This document shows positions 28,478 through 38,226 of a DNA stretch of 64,000 nt, in pieces. The position numbers and the translations under genes were made by a program. Source of the DNA: Dehalococcoidia bacterium (GTDB lineage Bacteria; Chloroflexota; Dehalococcoidia; DSTF01; JACRBR01); NCBI GenBank assembly GCA_035632115.1, contig DASQHL010000144.1, positions 1,833 to 65,832 of the forward strand, read 5' to 3'. How positions within the stretch are numbered: the first letter of the stretch is position 1; each line of letters begins with the position of its first letter. The notes under the pieces were generated by a model that was not told the origin of the DNA, did no database searches, and saw nothing but the letters and a program-made list of their open reading frames with translations.

Positions 28478-29440
28478 CTAGTGTACCGTCTGCTCCTCGC
28501 CGGGAGCGCCGTGCTCGGGGAGTCCACGCGCCGCCGGCTGCAAGTCGTCCGGCCAGATCCGGTCGAGCACGCTCCACTGGCCGGGATCTTCCTTCAGGTG
28601 ACGCTCGAAGCGCGCCAGCACCGCTTGCGTGTTGGTGCGAAGGTCCCGGTCGTGGTCGCCGGTGATGATCAGCGGCAGCGGTGGGCCGACGCTGGCGCGG
28701 ACTTTGAAGCCGCCTTCCCGGCGCACCCAGCCGGGGAGCAGGACGGCGCCCGTGCGGATGGCGAGGTCCACGGCGCCGGTCGGGAAGCGCGCGGGCGCGC
28801 CGCAGAAGTCCAGCACGATGCCGCGCTTCTGGATGTCGCGGTCGACGAGGATCGCGACGACGCCACCGTCGCGCAGCCAGGCCATGGCGTGCTTGATGGC
28901 GGCAAAGCTCACCGGCTCGTAGCGGTGCCCGTGCACGGTGCGGAGGCTGCGCATCAGCCGGCCGAGCTCGGGAGGGTCCAGCGGCTCGACGAGCGCGAAC
29001 ACCTTGATGCCGGTGGCGAGGAGCCCCTGCACGGCGAACTCGGGGTTGGCGTAGTGCGCCGAGGCGAGCACGACGCCGTGTCCCGCCTTCTGGGCGTCGG
29101 TCACGTACTCCAACCCCTCCAGCACGAGGTCATGGTCGAAGAAGCGCCGCACGTCCATGCGGTGCATCCCTACCACGTCGGCGTAGTAACGGCCGGTGTT
29201 GCGCGCGCAGTCGCGGGCGACTCGGTCCACCTCCTCATCGCTGGCGGCAGGCCCCAGGACGTGGCGGATGTTGCTGCGGACGTTCGGCCCGATGCGCGGG
29301 CCCCAGTCGTACACGCGGTCGGCCACGAAGCGCGCGATGCCGTAGCGCCAGCGGAGCGGGAAGCGGCCGATCGTGTTGATGACCGCCACCATCAGGTAGT
29401 AGCGCCACTTGCTCGGGCGTGGCACCCAGGAGGGGAGCAT
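28478..29440 (-). CDS. LpxL/HtrB/PatA-family lipid acyltransferase (paralogue 2)
   Basis: PF03279-like topology. HX4E motif (AHYANPE). Tandem with the upstream paralogue. Confidence 0.7.
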   Translation of the reverse strand: MLPSWVPRPSKWRYYLMVAVINTIGRFPLRWRYGIARFVADRVYDWGPRIGPNVRSNIRHVLGPAASDEEVDRVARDCARNTGRYYADVVGMHRMDVRRFFDHDLVLEGLEYVTDAQKAGHGVVLASAHYANPEFAVQGLLATGIKVFALVEPLDPPELGRLMRSLRTVHGHRYEPVSFAAIKHAMAWLRDGGVVAILVDRDIQKRGIVLDFCGAPARFPTGAVDLAIRTGAVLLPGWVRREGGFKVRASVGPPLPLIITGDHDRDLRTNTQAVLARFERHLKEDPGQWSVLDRIWPDDLQPAARGLPEHGAPGEEQTVH

Positions 29441-29446
29441 GCGGCG

Positions 29447-30418
29447 TCAGACCTCTTCGGCCAGCTTGCCCGGGCGCGCCCGGACGGGGGACGACTGCTT
29501 CCACATGCGGCGGAAGATGAACCACTGCTCCGGGTAGCGCCGGATCGTCCGCTCCATGGAGTGCATGATGAGGCGCGTCAGCTCCGGGACGTCGTAGGCC
29601 GCGTCCCCGGTGGGCCGATAGTCACGCAGGCTCGAGTCGATGATCGGGCGGATGACCGTGTCGTCCTCCGGCCCGCGCAGGACGACGGCCGGGATCACCC
29701 AGGCGTTCGTCCGCAGCGCCACGCGCGCCGCGGCGGACGAGACGAGCGCCGGCGCGCCGAAGAAGTCGACGCGGATGCCAACCTTTTCGGATGCGACATC
29801 CACCAGCATGGCAAGCGTCTCGCCGCGCCGCAGCGCCTTGAACACGGTCGGTCCAAGGCGATCCTGTCCGATCACCTTCATGCCGAGCTTCTTGCGCGAC
29901 CCCTGCACCAGTTCGTTCATGGGGCCGTAGTGGAAGTTCTCGGCGATCGCGTTGACGGGGTAGCCGAAGGCGGCGAGCGCGGCGGCACCAAGATCCCAGT
30001 TGCCGAAGTGGAGCGTGGCGACGATGACGCCGCGGTCCGAGTTGACCGCCTCGTTCAGCTCGTCCCACTGGTCGAAGCGGAGCCGGCTCTTTACTTCCTC
30101 GGCGGTGATCACGGGGTAGTGGATGAAGTCGACGACGTACTTGCCGAAGTTGCGGAACGAGTGCCGCGCGACCGAATCGACGTAGCGGGCGTCGTCGCTC
30201 TGGAGGACGTGGGCCAGGTTCGCGTTCAGCGCCTTGCGGTGTCGGGGGAAGATGACCCAATAGCAGACGAGGGCGATCCGCTCGGAGAACCAGTACGCCA
30301 CCGGAAGCGGCAGCGGCCGCGTTACGACGATGGCGAGCCGGAACAGCCAGTAGACGGTCCTGTCGAGCAAGCGCTCCTCATCCCGCGATGAACTCCTCCA
30401 CCATGTCGTGCGCGACAT
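29447..30418 (-). CDS. LpxL/HtrB/PatA-family lipid acyltransferase (paralogue 1)
   Basis: HX4D motif (LHFGNWD) plus the downstream acyltransferase-family region. The gene overlaps the MIPS stop. Confidence 0.7.
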   Translation of the reverse strand: MSRTTWWRSSSRDEERLLDRTVYWLFRLAIVVTRPLPLPVAYWFSERIALVCYWVIFPRHRKALNANLAHVLQSDDARYVDSVARHSFRNFGKYVVDFIHYPVITAEEVKSRLRFDQWDELNEAVNSDRGVIVATLHFGNWDLGAAALAAFGYPVNAIAENFHYGPMNELVQGSRKKLGMKVIGQDRLGPTVFKALRRGETLAMLVDVASEKVGIRVDFFGAPALVSSAAARVALRTNAWVIPAVVLRGPEDDTVIRPIIDSSLRDYRPTGDAAYDVPELTRLIMHSMERTIRRYPEQWFIFRRMWKQSSPVRARPGKLAEEV

Positions 30419-31739
30419 CGTCCGGGTACTGGCGAGGCGGCGACTTCATGAAGTACGCCGAGGGCCCCTCCAGCGGCCCGGCCAGGCCGCGGTCCAACGC
30501 GATCTTGCAGCAGCGGATCGCATCGATCACCACGCCGGCAGAGTTCGGGCTATCCCACACCTCCAGCTTCACCTCCGCGTTCAGCGGCACGTTGCCGAAG
30601 GTGGTGCCCTCCATGCGAATGTAGCACCATTTGCGGTCAAGAAGCCAAGGCACGTGATCCGAAGGCCCCACGTGCACGTCCCCGGCGGGCAGTTCGTAGT
30701 CCAGCTGGGAGGTGACGGCGCCGGTCTTGGAGATCTTCTTGGATTCGAGCCGCTCCCGTTCGAGCATGTTCAGGAAGTCCGTATTGCCGCCAAAATTGAG
30801 CTGGTAGGTGCGGTCCAGTCGCACCCCCCGGTCCCGGAAGAGGCGCGTCAGCACCCGGTGCACAATGGTTGCGCCGACCTGCGACTTGATGTCGTCGCCG
30901 ATGATCGGCAGCCCCGCTTCCTGGAATCGCTTCGGCCAGTAGCCGAACTGGTCCCGCGCGATGAACACGGGGATGCAGTTGATGAAGCCGCAGCCTGCCG
31001 TGAGCACCTGCTCGACGTACCACTTCGTCGCCTCTTCGGAGCCCACGGGCAGGTAGCTCACGACGACGTCCGTCTCGGTCTCCTTGAGGAGCCGGACAAT
31101 GTCATCGGTGGGGCCGGAGGCCTTCGTGATCACCTGCGACAGGTACTTGCCGAGGCCGTCGTGGGTCATGCCGCGCGAGACGCGCACGCCCTGGTGCGGT
31201 ACGTCGCTGAACTTGTAGGTGTTGTTGGGCGCCGTGAACACCGCCTCGGACAGATCCTTGCCGACCTTGTTCTGGTCGATGTCGATCGCCGCCACGAAGT
31301 TGATATCGCGGATGTGGTAGCCGCCCAGGTTGATGTGCATCAGGCCGGGGATCAGCTCGCCCTCGCGCGCGTCCTGGTAGAAGTAGCGCCCCTGCACGAG
31401 CGAGGAGGCGCAGTTGCCAACGCCGATGATGGCGACGTTGATCTTGCCCTTCTCGCGCTTGCCGGCCTTGTCCGTGGTCCTGGCCTGTGCCTTCGCCCCG
31501 CCCCTGCTCGCCATGTCCGCTGCTCCTTCGCTGAAAAAGAGCCGGTCCTCGCTCATGCCGAAGATGGCGCACGCCGCTTCGATGAACCGCCGGCCCGGCT
31601 GCTTGGTGCCCGCCTTGATCTGGGACAGGTACCCCTCGCTGACGCGGTAGCCGCGGCGCTGCAGTTCGGCCAGCAGCCAGCGTTGCTTCTGGCCGCGTTG
31701 CTCCAGCACCTCGAACACGCGCGTCCTGATCACGGGCAC
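30378..31739 (-). CDS. ino1: myo-Inositol-1-phosphate synthase with an N-terminal XRE-type HTH domain (in-frame fusion; alternative internal start at 31514 would give standalone MIPS)
   Basis: Residues about 20-70 ([50 protein letters not shown]) form an HTH_3 domain. From [19 protein letters not shown] onward the sequence is the bacterial/archaeal MIPS family. No stop separates the two. Both GTG 31733/31739 (GAGGTG RBS) and ATG 31514 (GAAGGAG RBS) are plausible starts. Confidence 0.8.
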   Translation of the reverse strand: MPVIRTRVFEVLEQRGQKQRWLLAELQRRGYRVSEGYLSQIKAGTKQPGRRFIEAACAIFGMSEDRLFFSEGAADMASRGGAKAQARTTDKAGKREKGKINVAIIGVGNCASSLVQGRYFYQDAREGELIPGLMHINLGGYHIRDINFVAAIDIDQNKVGKDLSEAVFTAPNNTYKFSDVPHQGVRVSRGMTHDGLGKYLSQVITKASGPTDDIVRLLKETETDVVVSYLPVGSEEATKWYVEQVLTAGCGFINCIPVFIARDQFGYWPKRFQEAGLPIIGDDIKSQVGATIVHRVLTRLFRDRGVRLDRTYQLNFGGNTDFLNMLERERLESKKISKTGAVTSQLDYELPAGDVHVGPSDHVPWLLDRKWCYIRMEGTTFGNVPLNAEVKLEVWDSPNSAGVVIDAIRCCKIALDRGLAGPLEGPSAYFMKSPPRQYPDDVAHDMVEEFIAG

Positions 31740-31816
31740 CTCGGTAAAGTTTGATGAACTCTATGATCCGCTGGCGCCGCGCCGCAAGTTATGAAAACTG
31801 TACCACCGTCGGGCGT

Positions 31817-32722
31817 TCAGGCGCGCTTGCCGAGATAGCTCGCCAGCCCCTCGCGCAGCGGCGTCAGCCTCGCGTGGAGCACCTGCACGGCCAGCGTGTT
31901 GTCCGCGACGGCTGCCTCCGTGATGAAGTCGATCGCGTCGGCGGTGAGCGGCGGCGACGGCAGTGCGGAAGCCAGCGTGCCGAGCAGTTTGCCGATGGCC
32001 GCCGGCTGGTGGAGCAGCGCGCGCCGCTTGCCCGCCACCTCCAGCGCCGTCGCGACGACCTCGTTCATGCTCATCACGTCGGGGCCGCCCAGCTCGAATA
32101 GCTGGTCGGCGGCCTCGGGTCTGGTCGCCGCATCGGCGCACACGCGCCCGACGTCATCGATGAACACCGGCTGCATCGGTTGCTTGCCGTTCCCAAACAT
32201 CGGGATGAAGGGCAGCAGCTTCGCGAATCCCAGGAAGCGGTTGAGCGACACGTCGCCGGGTCCGTACACCCACGTCGGCCGGACGATGGCCCACTCCAGG
32301 CCGCTCCGCTGGAGGTAGTCCTCGGCCTCCCACTTGTAGCGGAACCAGTGCCGTCCGGCGTCCCGGGCCGCGCCGACGCCGCTGACGTACACAAAACGCC
32401 GCGCGCCGGCCGCCTTCGCCGCGTCGACCTGGTGGCGGGTGCCCTTGAGGTCGATCTCCTCGAACGTCCACCCCTTGCGCCGGTTCTCGATAGGCGAGTT
32501 CGGGAACTGGACGGCGTTCACCACCACGTCGACATCCCGCATGGCGGCCGCGAGCGCCGCCGGCTCGCGCACGTCGCCGGCGCGTGCCTGCAGGTCAGCG
32601 CCGAAGCGCGCGCGGATCTTCGCGGCGTCGCGCCCCAGCACGGCGACCTTCTCGCCGCGGCGCACCAACTCGGCGACGATCGCCGACCCGACAAAACCAG
32701 TCCCTCCCGATACGAGGATCAT
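31817..32722 (-). CDS. NAD(P)-binding epimerase/dehydratase-like SDR (NDUFA9/NmrA-like)
   Basis: MILVSGGTGFVGSAIV Rossmann motif and the YxxxK region. Confidence 0.7.
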   Translation of the reverse strand: MILVSGGTGFVGSAIVAELVRRGEKVAVLGRDAAKIRARFGADLQARAGDVREPAALAAAMRDVDVVVNAVQFPNSPIENRRKGWTFEEIDLKGTRHQVDAAKAAGARRFVYVSGVGAARDAGRHWFRYKWEAEDYLQRSGLEWAIVRPTWVYGPGDVSLNRFLGFAKLLPFIPMFGNGKQPMQPVFIDDVGRVCADAATRPEAADQLFELGGPDVMSMNEVVATALEVAGKRRALLHQPAAIGKLLGTLASALPSPPLTADAIDFITEAAVADNTLAVQVLHARLTPLREGLASYLGKRA

Positions 32723-32800
32723 CGCGGACCTCCCCTCTCCAATCGATGCGACCATCGATTGACATCATATGCGAGCGCGGCACCCCCGAGGATCACTTGG

Positions 32801-33655
32801 TCACGCAGGAACGTGGCGGTGCGCCGATCCCGGCGGCAGCCCCTCGGCGATCGTATCTCCGCGCACGTACGCAGCGACGACGTGCGTCAGTGCCTCCGGA
32901 TGCTCCTCCCAGTACGTCGGTGACGGCGCGACCGCGAGCTTCGCGTGCGGCATCTGCTGGTGCAAGATCTCGCCCGAGGAGAGCGGGTGGATCGGGTCGA
33001 CGGGGTGCGTCAGGATCAGCGCCGGACAGGCGATCTCGGCGAGCCGCTCGACCGGGATCGGCGCGCCGCCGAGCAGGCCGCGGATGGCGGGGACGATCGC
33101 CGCGCGCCGCTGGCTGGCGAGCAGCACGCGGAGCCTGCGCCGCTGCGACGCGTCGCCTGCTCGCTTCGCCGGAAGGGCGGCCACGATAGCTGCCGTCATG
33201 CGGACGCCCAGCAGCTTGTACATCGTCGCCAGCGCGCCGGAGAACATCCGCCGGGCGGGGCGCGCCTCCGCGCCGAACCCCGGCGGCGCGCGCAGGATCA
33301 ACCGGTCGACGGCCTCCGGATGTGCGAGCGCGAGCAGTAGCGCGGTGCCCGCGCCCATCGAGCCGCCATAGATCGCGGCCCGCTCGATGCCCAGCGCGCG
33401 CATGAGCGCGCGCATGTCTTCGGCCAGCGCCGTCCACGCATAATCGGCACGAGCTGTCGTGTAGCCGGAACGGCCGTGGCCCCGCGCGTCGTAAGCGACG
33501 ACGTGCACACCGCGCGCGGCGATGTCCTCGAGGCGCTCGCCGAACTGCGGCAGCGCGGCGATGCTGCCGAGCAGGCCGTGCGCGACGACGAGGTCGGGGC
33601 CCTCGCCGTGCTCCTCGTAGTAGATGTCGATGCCGCGGACGCGGACCGTGGGCAT
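32801..33655 (-). CDS. Alpha/beta hydrolase
   Basis: VVAHGLLGS and YGGSMGAG nucleophile elbow. Confidence 0.75.
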   Translation of the reverse strand: MPTVRVRGIDIYYEEHGEGPDLVVAHGLLGSIAALPQFGERLEDIAARGVHVVAYDARGHGRSGYTTARADYAWTALAEDMRALMRALGIERAAIYGGSMGAGTALLLALAHPEAVDRLILRAPPGFGAEARPARRMFSGALATMYKLLGVRMTAAIVAALPAKRAGDASQRRRLRVLLASQRRAAIVPAIRGLLGGAPIPVERLAEIACPALILTHPVDPIHPLSSGEILHQQMPHAKLAVAPSPTYWEEHPEALTHVVAAYVRGDTIAEGLPPGSAHRHVPA

Positions 33656-33671
33656 GGCTCTGCCTCGGACA

Positions 33672-34478
33672 CTAGAGGTGCGTCGTCAGGCCGCCATCGA
33701 CGAACATCACCTGGCCGCTGATGTAGCCGCAGGAGTCGGACGCGAGGTAGACGGCCAGCGGCCCTAGCTCGTCGGCGGCGCCGGCGCGCTTCATCGGCAC
33801 GAAGCGCACGGTCTGGTTCGCCGCCGGGTCCGGGTTGCCGATGGCCGGCGTGTGCTCCATCCATCCCTGCGCGATGGCGTTGACCGTGATTCCGTGCGGG
33901 CCCCACTCCGTCGCCAGCGCCCGCGTCAGGTTCAGGACGCCGGCCTGCGCCGCGCAATACGCCGCGGCGTTGGCGATGGCACGCTCGCCCAGCACCGACG
34001 CGACGTTGACGATGCGGCCGCCGCGCCCTTGCCGCAGCATCTCCTTGCCGACGGCGCGGCAGGCGTGGAACGTGCCGGCGAGGTTCACCTGCATCACCCG
34101 GTTGAAGTCGATGTCGCTCGTGGACTCCGCGGGCTTGCCGAGGAAGAGGTCGGGCGCGTTCACCAGCACGTCGATGCCGTCCATATCTTTCGCGACCTGC
34201 CGCACCATCACCTGCACGCCCTGTCCCAGCGTCACGTCGGTCGCCACGGTGGCGGACTTGCGGCCCATCTTCACCAGCTCCTGCTGGACGCGGCGCGCGC
34301 GCATCACCTCCTCGCCGTCGTTGGTGACGGACGACACAGTGACATCGGCGCCCGCCTCGCCCAGCGCCAGCGCGATCGCCCGGCCGGCCGCACCTCCCGC
34401 GCCGATCACCAGCGCGCGCTTGCCGGTGAGGTCGAAGGCATCGAGGCCGAGGCGGACGTCGCCCCATTCGTTCTTCAC
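33672..34478 (-). CDS. SDR-family oxidoreductase
   Basis: LVIGAGGAAGRAIA...NAA...YCAAQAG are the TGxxxGxG-like and YxxxK motifs. GTG start overlaps the upstream SDR stop (GTGA). Confidence 0.8.
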   Translation of the reverse strand: MKNEWGDVRLGLDAFDLTGKRALVIGAGGAAGRAIALALGEAGADVTVSSVTNDGEEVMRARRVQQELVKMGRKSATVATDVTLGQGVQVMVRQVAKDMDGIDVLVNAPDLFLGKPAESTSDIDFNRVMQVNLAGTFHACRAVGKEMLRQGRGGRIVNVASVLGERAIANAAAYCAAQAGVLNLTRALATEWGPHGITVNAIAQGWMEHTPAIGNPDPAANQTVRFVPMKRAGAADELGPLAVYLASDSCGYISGQVMFVDGGLTTHL

Positions 34479-35290
34479 AGCGCGACCTCCGGGGCGAAGC
34501 CCATCGGCGCCAGCCCGCCCGCGAGGCCGCCGCCGTCGATGACGAAGCCCTGGCCCGTGACGTAGCTGGAGGCGTCGGACGCGAGGAAGATGGCGAGGGG
34601 GCCCAGCTCCCACGCCTCGCCGAGGCGCTGCGCGGGAAGGTATCGGCCACGCGTCTGGGCGAACACCTGCTCCTGCTCGTTGCGGGCGGGGCCCTGCCGC
34701 ACGAAGCCCGGGATGATGCAGTTGACGCGGATGCCGTGCTTCACGAGCATCGCCGACAGCGACTTCGTGAGGGCGATGACGCCGGCCTTCGCCGCCCCGT
34801 AGCCGAAGCTCATCGGGTAGGCGCGGAGCGCCGTGCCGGACGCGAGGTTGATGATCGTTCCGCCGTGGCCCTGCGCGACCATCTGCTTCGATGCGGCGCG
34901 CGCGCAGTAGAAGGCGCTCGACAGGTTCACGTCGAGCGTGTCGCGCCAGTCGGCGTCGTCGACGTCCCACAGCTCGGCGTTGGCGCCGCGCATGTCGCCG
35001 ATGCCGGCGTTGGAGAGCATGACGTCGAGGCGGCCGAACTCGTCGGCGGCTCGCCGGACCAGCGCGTCGCACTGGGCGGAGTCGCGCACGTCCGTGGGCT
35101 GGGCGATGGTGCGGCGGCCGAGCGCGCGGATGTCGGCGGCGGTGCGCTCGATCTGCTCTGCGGTGCGGGCGGCGCAGACGACGTCGGCTCCGGCGTCCGC
35201 GAGCGCAAGTGCCATCTGCCGCCCGAGACCGCGGCCGGCGCCGGTGACGACGGCGACCTTGCCATCGAGCTTCAGGCGTTCAAGGACCAT
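34475..35290 (-). CDS. SDR-family oxidoreductase
   Basis: VAVVTGAGRGLGRQMA...NAG...YGAAKAG motifs. Confidence 0.8.
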   Translation of the reverse strand: MVLERLKLDGKVAVVTGAGRGLGRQMALALADAGADVVCAARTAEQIERTAADIRALGRRTIAQPTDVRDSAQCDALVRRAADEFGRLDVMLSNAGIGDMRGANAELWDVDDADWRDTLDVNLSSAFYCARAASKQMVAQGHGGTIINLASGTALRAYPMSFGYGAAKAGVIALTKSLSAMLVKHGIRVNCIIPGFVRQGPARNEQEQVFAQTRGRYLPAQRLGEAWELGPLAIFLASDASSYVTGQGFVIDGGGLAGGLAPMGFAPEVAL

Positions 35291-35482
35291 CGGCGGCTCC
35301 TTCCGGGTGGTGTCGCCAGTGTACGAGTGGGCGGGGAAAGCGGGAAGCGAGAGGCGAGAGACGGGAAGCGGGAGGTGGGATGCGCGAGGTGGGAGAGGTG
35401 GGAGGGTGCGATGGCTGCTTCCCGATGCGACGTGATCCGCGGGCCGAGGTTAACTTTCCGGCGCGCAGGGCGTTGTACGCAC

Positions 35483-36379
35483 ATGATGATCGGCGTCCGC
35501 GCGTTGGTTTGGTTCGCCGTGATGGCCACCGTAGCGCTGATCCCGGCGCTAGCGCGCGCACAGACTCCGCCCGCGCCACCGCCCCAGGCCGCGACACCCA
35601 TTTCGCCGCCTGCCGCGCCGCCCGCCGCGACCCCGGTCTCCCCGCCGGCCGCGCTGTCCCTGGCATTCGACGACGTCGATACCTTCACCTGGGCCGGCGT
35701 CCCGGGCGCCATCGGCTACACGCTTCGGGGCGACGTGTTCGTCGTCCGGACGAACGCTGCGCGGCCGATCTGCAACCCGCCCCTGGAGGCCGACAACCGC
35801 AACGTCAACGTGACGGCATCGTTCGGCGAGACGGCGCGTTCGTTCCTTCTGACGCTGCCCTCCCTGCCGCCGCAGGACCGCTGGTTCGTGGCATCGTTCA
35901 GCGTCCAACTCACCGCGTACGACGCGGCGGGCCGGGTGATCACCGGTGAGATGATCGGGCATATCGCGGAGACCACCTGTGCACTGCCCGCTGTGCCCAC
36001 GCCGCTTCCTGAGCCGGTCCTGGTCGGACAGTGCGAGATCCCTGCCGGATATCGGGAGGTGACGACGCCCGCGGCGAACGAACATGGTCAGCGGGTGTTC
36101 GAAAGTCCCGACTTCGCGACGCGCATCTACGTCCGCGCCGACGGATCTTGTGTCGGGTTGGTGGGCGGCGCACCGCCTGTACCGGAATTTGTGCCGGACG
36201 GCCCGCTCGGCACACCCGGCATCCCCGACACCGTGCCCCTCCGCGGCCTGCCCGGGACTGGCGGTGGAGCCGCTGCTGGGCGAGGGGGCCTGCCCAGCGT
36301 GAGCATCGAGGTCATCGCCGGGAGCGCGATCGCATTGCTGCTGGGCGGAGCCTGGCTCCGGCGCAGATCTCCTTCGTGA
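35483..36379 (+). CDS. Secreted protein with N-terminal signal peptide and C-terminal LPXTG-type sorting signal
   Basis: Signal-like N-terminus MMIGVRALVWFAVMATVALIPALARA. A Pro-rich linker follows. C-terminus LPGTGGG + hydrophobic segment + RRRS. Confidence 0.6.
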   Translation: MMIGVRALVWFAVMATVALIPALARAQTPPAPPPQAATPISPPAAPPAATPVSPPAALSLAFDDVDTFTWAGVPGAIGYTLRGDVFVVRTNAARPICNPPLEADNRNVNVTASFGETARSFLLTLPSLPPQDRWFVASFSVQLTAYDAAGRVITGEMIGHIAETTCALPAVPTPLPEPVLVGQCEIPAGYREVTTPAANEHGQRVFESPDFATRIYVRADGSCVGLVGGAPPVPEFVPDGPLGTPGIPDTVPLRGLPGTGGGAAAGRGGLPSVSIEVIAGSAIALLLGGAWLRRRSPS

Positions 36380-36550
36380 GGCCATCGCTTATACGGGGCC
36401 GGGACACGCTGCCCGGAGGATCTCGACCGGGCCATCAAGTTACCTCCGCCCATGGACCATCGGCTGCTCGGCAGGTCAGACCTGCGCCGCCAGTCTCCGC
36501 TTCACAGCCGCCCCCGACGAGCGTATGCTGCGCGCAGTAGGAGGGGCGCC

Positions 36551-36889
36551 ATGGCGACGTACCAGTTCGAGCGCGACGTTCGCACGCCGTACTCGGAGAG
36601 CTACACCATCGAGGCGGACGGCGACGAGACTGGCCGCGTCGACCTGCACTTCACGGGCCAGGGCTTCGTCCACGCGACGCTCTGCGTGCCGGCCGATGCC
36701 GACGACGACGAGATCCAGGAGTTGATCGCGGAGGTCGATGAGCGGCTGGTGCTGACGACCGACCCGGAGCGGGCGGACTTCATCGTCACCGTGTGGCGTG
36801 GCACGCCGGCCGGCGTGTACTCAGAAGACGACGAGGAGGGCGAGGACGACGACGAGGAGCCGCGCGGGAATGGGCGGGCGCCGGCCTAG
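36551..36889 (+). CDS. Small acidic hypothetical protein
   Basis: GGAGGG RBS. 112 aa ending in a D/E-rich tail. Confidence 0.5.
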   Translation: MATYQFERDVRTPYSESYTIEADGDETGRVDLHFTGQGFVHATLCVPADADDDEIQELIAEVDERLVLTTDPERADFIVTVWRGTPAGVYSEDDEEGEDDDEEPRGNGRAPA

Positions 36890-36895
36890 CGGCGG

Positions 36896-37387
36896 CTACT
36901 GGCGCGCCCCGACGGCGGCCTTCTCGTCCAGCTGCTGCATCCAGCCCTGGTACTGCGCGAGCTTCTGCTCCAGGTGCGCCTTCATATCCTGGAGCGCGGC
37001 GAGCTTCTGGTCGATCATGGCGACCTGCCGCTCGGTGACCTCGGTGGCCCTGGCGAGCTTGGCCCTGCGCTCGGAGATCTCGGCGTCCACGCGGTACTCG
37101 GCGCGGATCTGCGTCTTGATCTCCTCCGCCTCGACCATCTCCTTGATGTCGGCGAGGGTGAAGCCGAGCAGCGTCTGCAGCCGCTTGATGCGCTCGACCC
37201 GCTGGACATCGTCCTCCGAATAGAGACGGAATCCGCCGTCCAGCCGCGAGGGCGGCTTGAGCAGCCCCTTCTCCTCGTAGAAGCGCAGGGTGCGCTGGGT
37301 GACGCCCGTGCGGTCCGCCACCTCGCCGATCTGGAGGTAGGCCTGTGCTTCGGACGGAGGGTCGGCGGCCGGGCGCCTGGTGCTCAT
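36896..37387 (-). CDS. MerR-family transcriptional regulator
   Basis: YLQIGEVADRTGVTQRTLRFYEEKGLL is the MerR HTH, followed by a coiled-coil. Confidence 0.75.
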   Translation of the reverse strand: MSTRRPAADPPSEAQAYLQIGEVADRTGVTQRTLRFYEEKGLLKPPSRLDGGFRLYSEDDVQRVERIKRLQTLLGFTLADIKEMVEAEEIKTQIRAEYRVDAEISERRAKLARATEVTERQVAMIDQKLAALQDMKAHLEQKLAQYQGWMQQLDEKAAVGARQ

Positions 37388-37458
37388 ATTCACAATCCTC
37401 GGGGCATTGTACCGCCCCAGAGTCTAACGCGCACGTCAAGGTTAGGGCATCCGCCCGA

Positions 37459-38226
37459 CTACCAGGCGTCGGTGGGGCCACGGGCGCGCCGCGGGGGCCC
37501 GCGCTTGCGGTGGATGGCGAAGACGTTGACCAGCAGCGCCCCCGCGACGAAGCCGCCGATGTGGGCGAAGTAGGCGATGCCGCTGCCCGCGCCGACCGTG
37601 GTGGGCCCCAGCGTCGCGAAGCCGCTGAAGAGCTGCGCGACGAACCACAGCCCGATCAGCACGAGCGCCGGCAGCGGGATCGGGATGAAGAAGAAGATCG
37701 GGATGATCACCGCAACCGTCGCCCGCGGGAAGAGCACGATGTACGCGCCCATCACGCCGGCGATCGCGCCGCTGGCGCCGATGGCCGGCGTCAGCTCCGT
37801 CGCGCTGACCGACATCTGCGCGAACGCCGAGATCGCGCCAGCGAGCAGGTAGAACAGCAGGTACAACGGGTGCCCCATCGAATCCTCGACGTTGTCGCCG
37901 AAGATCCAGAGGAACACCATGTTGCCCAGGATGTGCAGCCAGCTCCCGTGGATGAACATGGCCGTGATGATCGTCCACGAGGGGTGCGGCTGCTGCGCGC
38001 AGATGCGGCTCTTCGCCTCCAGCGCGTGCTGCCCGAACTGGTCCAGCGTGCAGGCCGGGATGTTGCCCCAGTGATAGATGAACGTATCGAGCTGCGTGAA
38101 GCCGATGCCGGCCGAGCGGTGGCTCAGCGCGATCTCGTACAGGAACACGGCGAAGTTGAGAGCGATGATCGTCAGGTTGACCCACGGGAACGTGCGCGAG
38201 CGCTCGCTGTCGTAGATCGGGATCAT
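37459..38226 (-). CDS. Rhomboid-family intramembrane serine protease
   Basis: Catalytic GASGAIAGVMGAY (GxSG) and HIGGFVAG. Six TM helices. Start overlaps the cobU stop. Confidence 0.85.
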   Translation of the reverse strand: MIPIYDSERSRTFPWVNLTIIALNFAVFLYEIALSHRSAGIGFTQLDTFIYHWGNIPACTLDQFGQHALEAKSRICAQQPHPSWTIITAMFIHGSWLHILGNMVFLWIFGDNVEDSMGHPLYLLFYLLAGAISAFAQMSVSATELTPAIGASGAIAGVMGAYIVLFPRATVAVIIPIFFFIPIPLPALVLIGLWFVAQLFSGFATLGPTTVGAGSGIAYFAHIGGFVAGALLVNVFAIHRKRGPPRRARGPTDAW

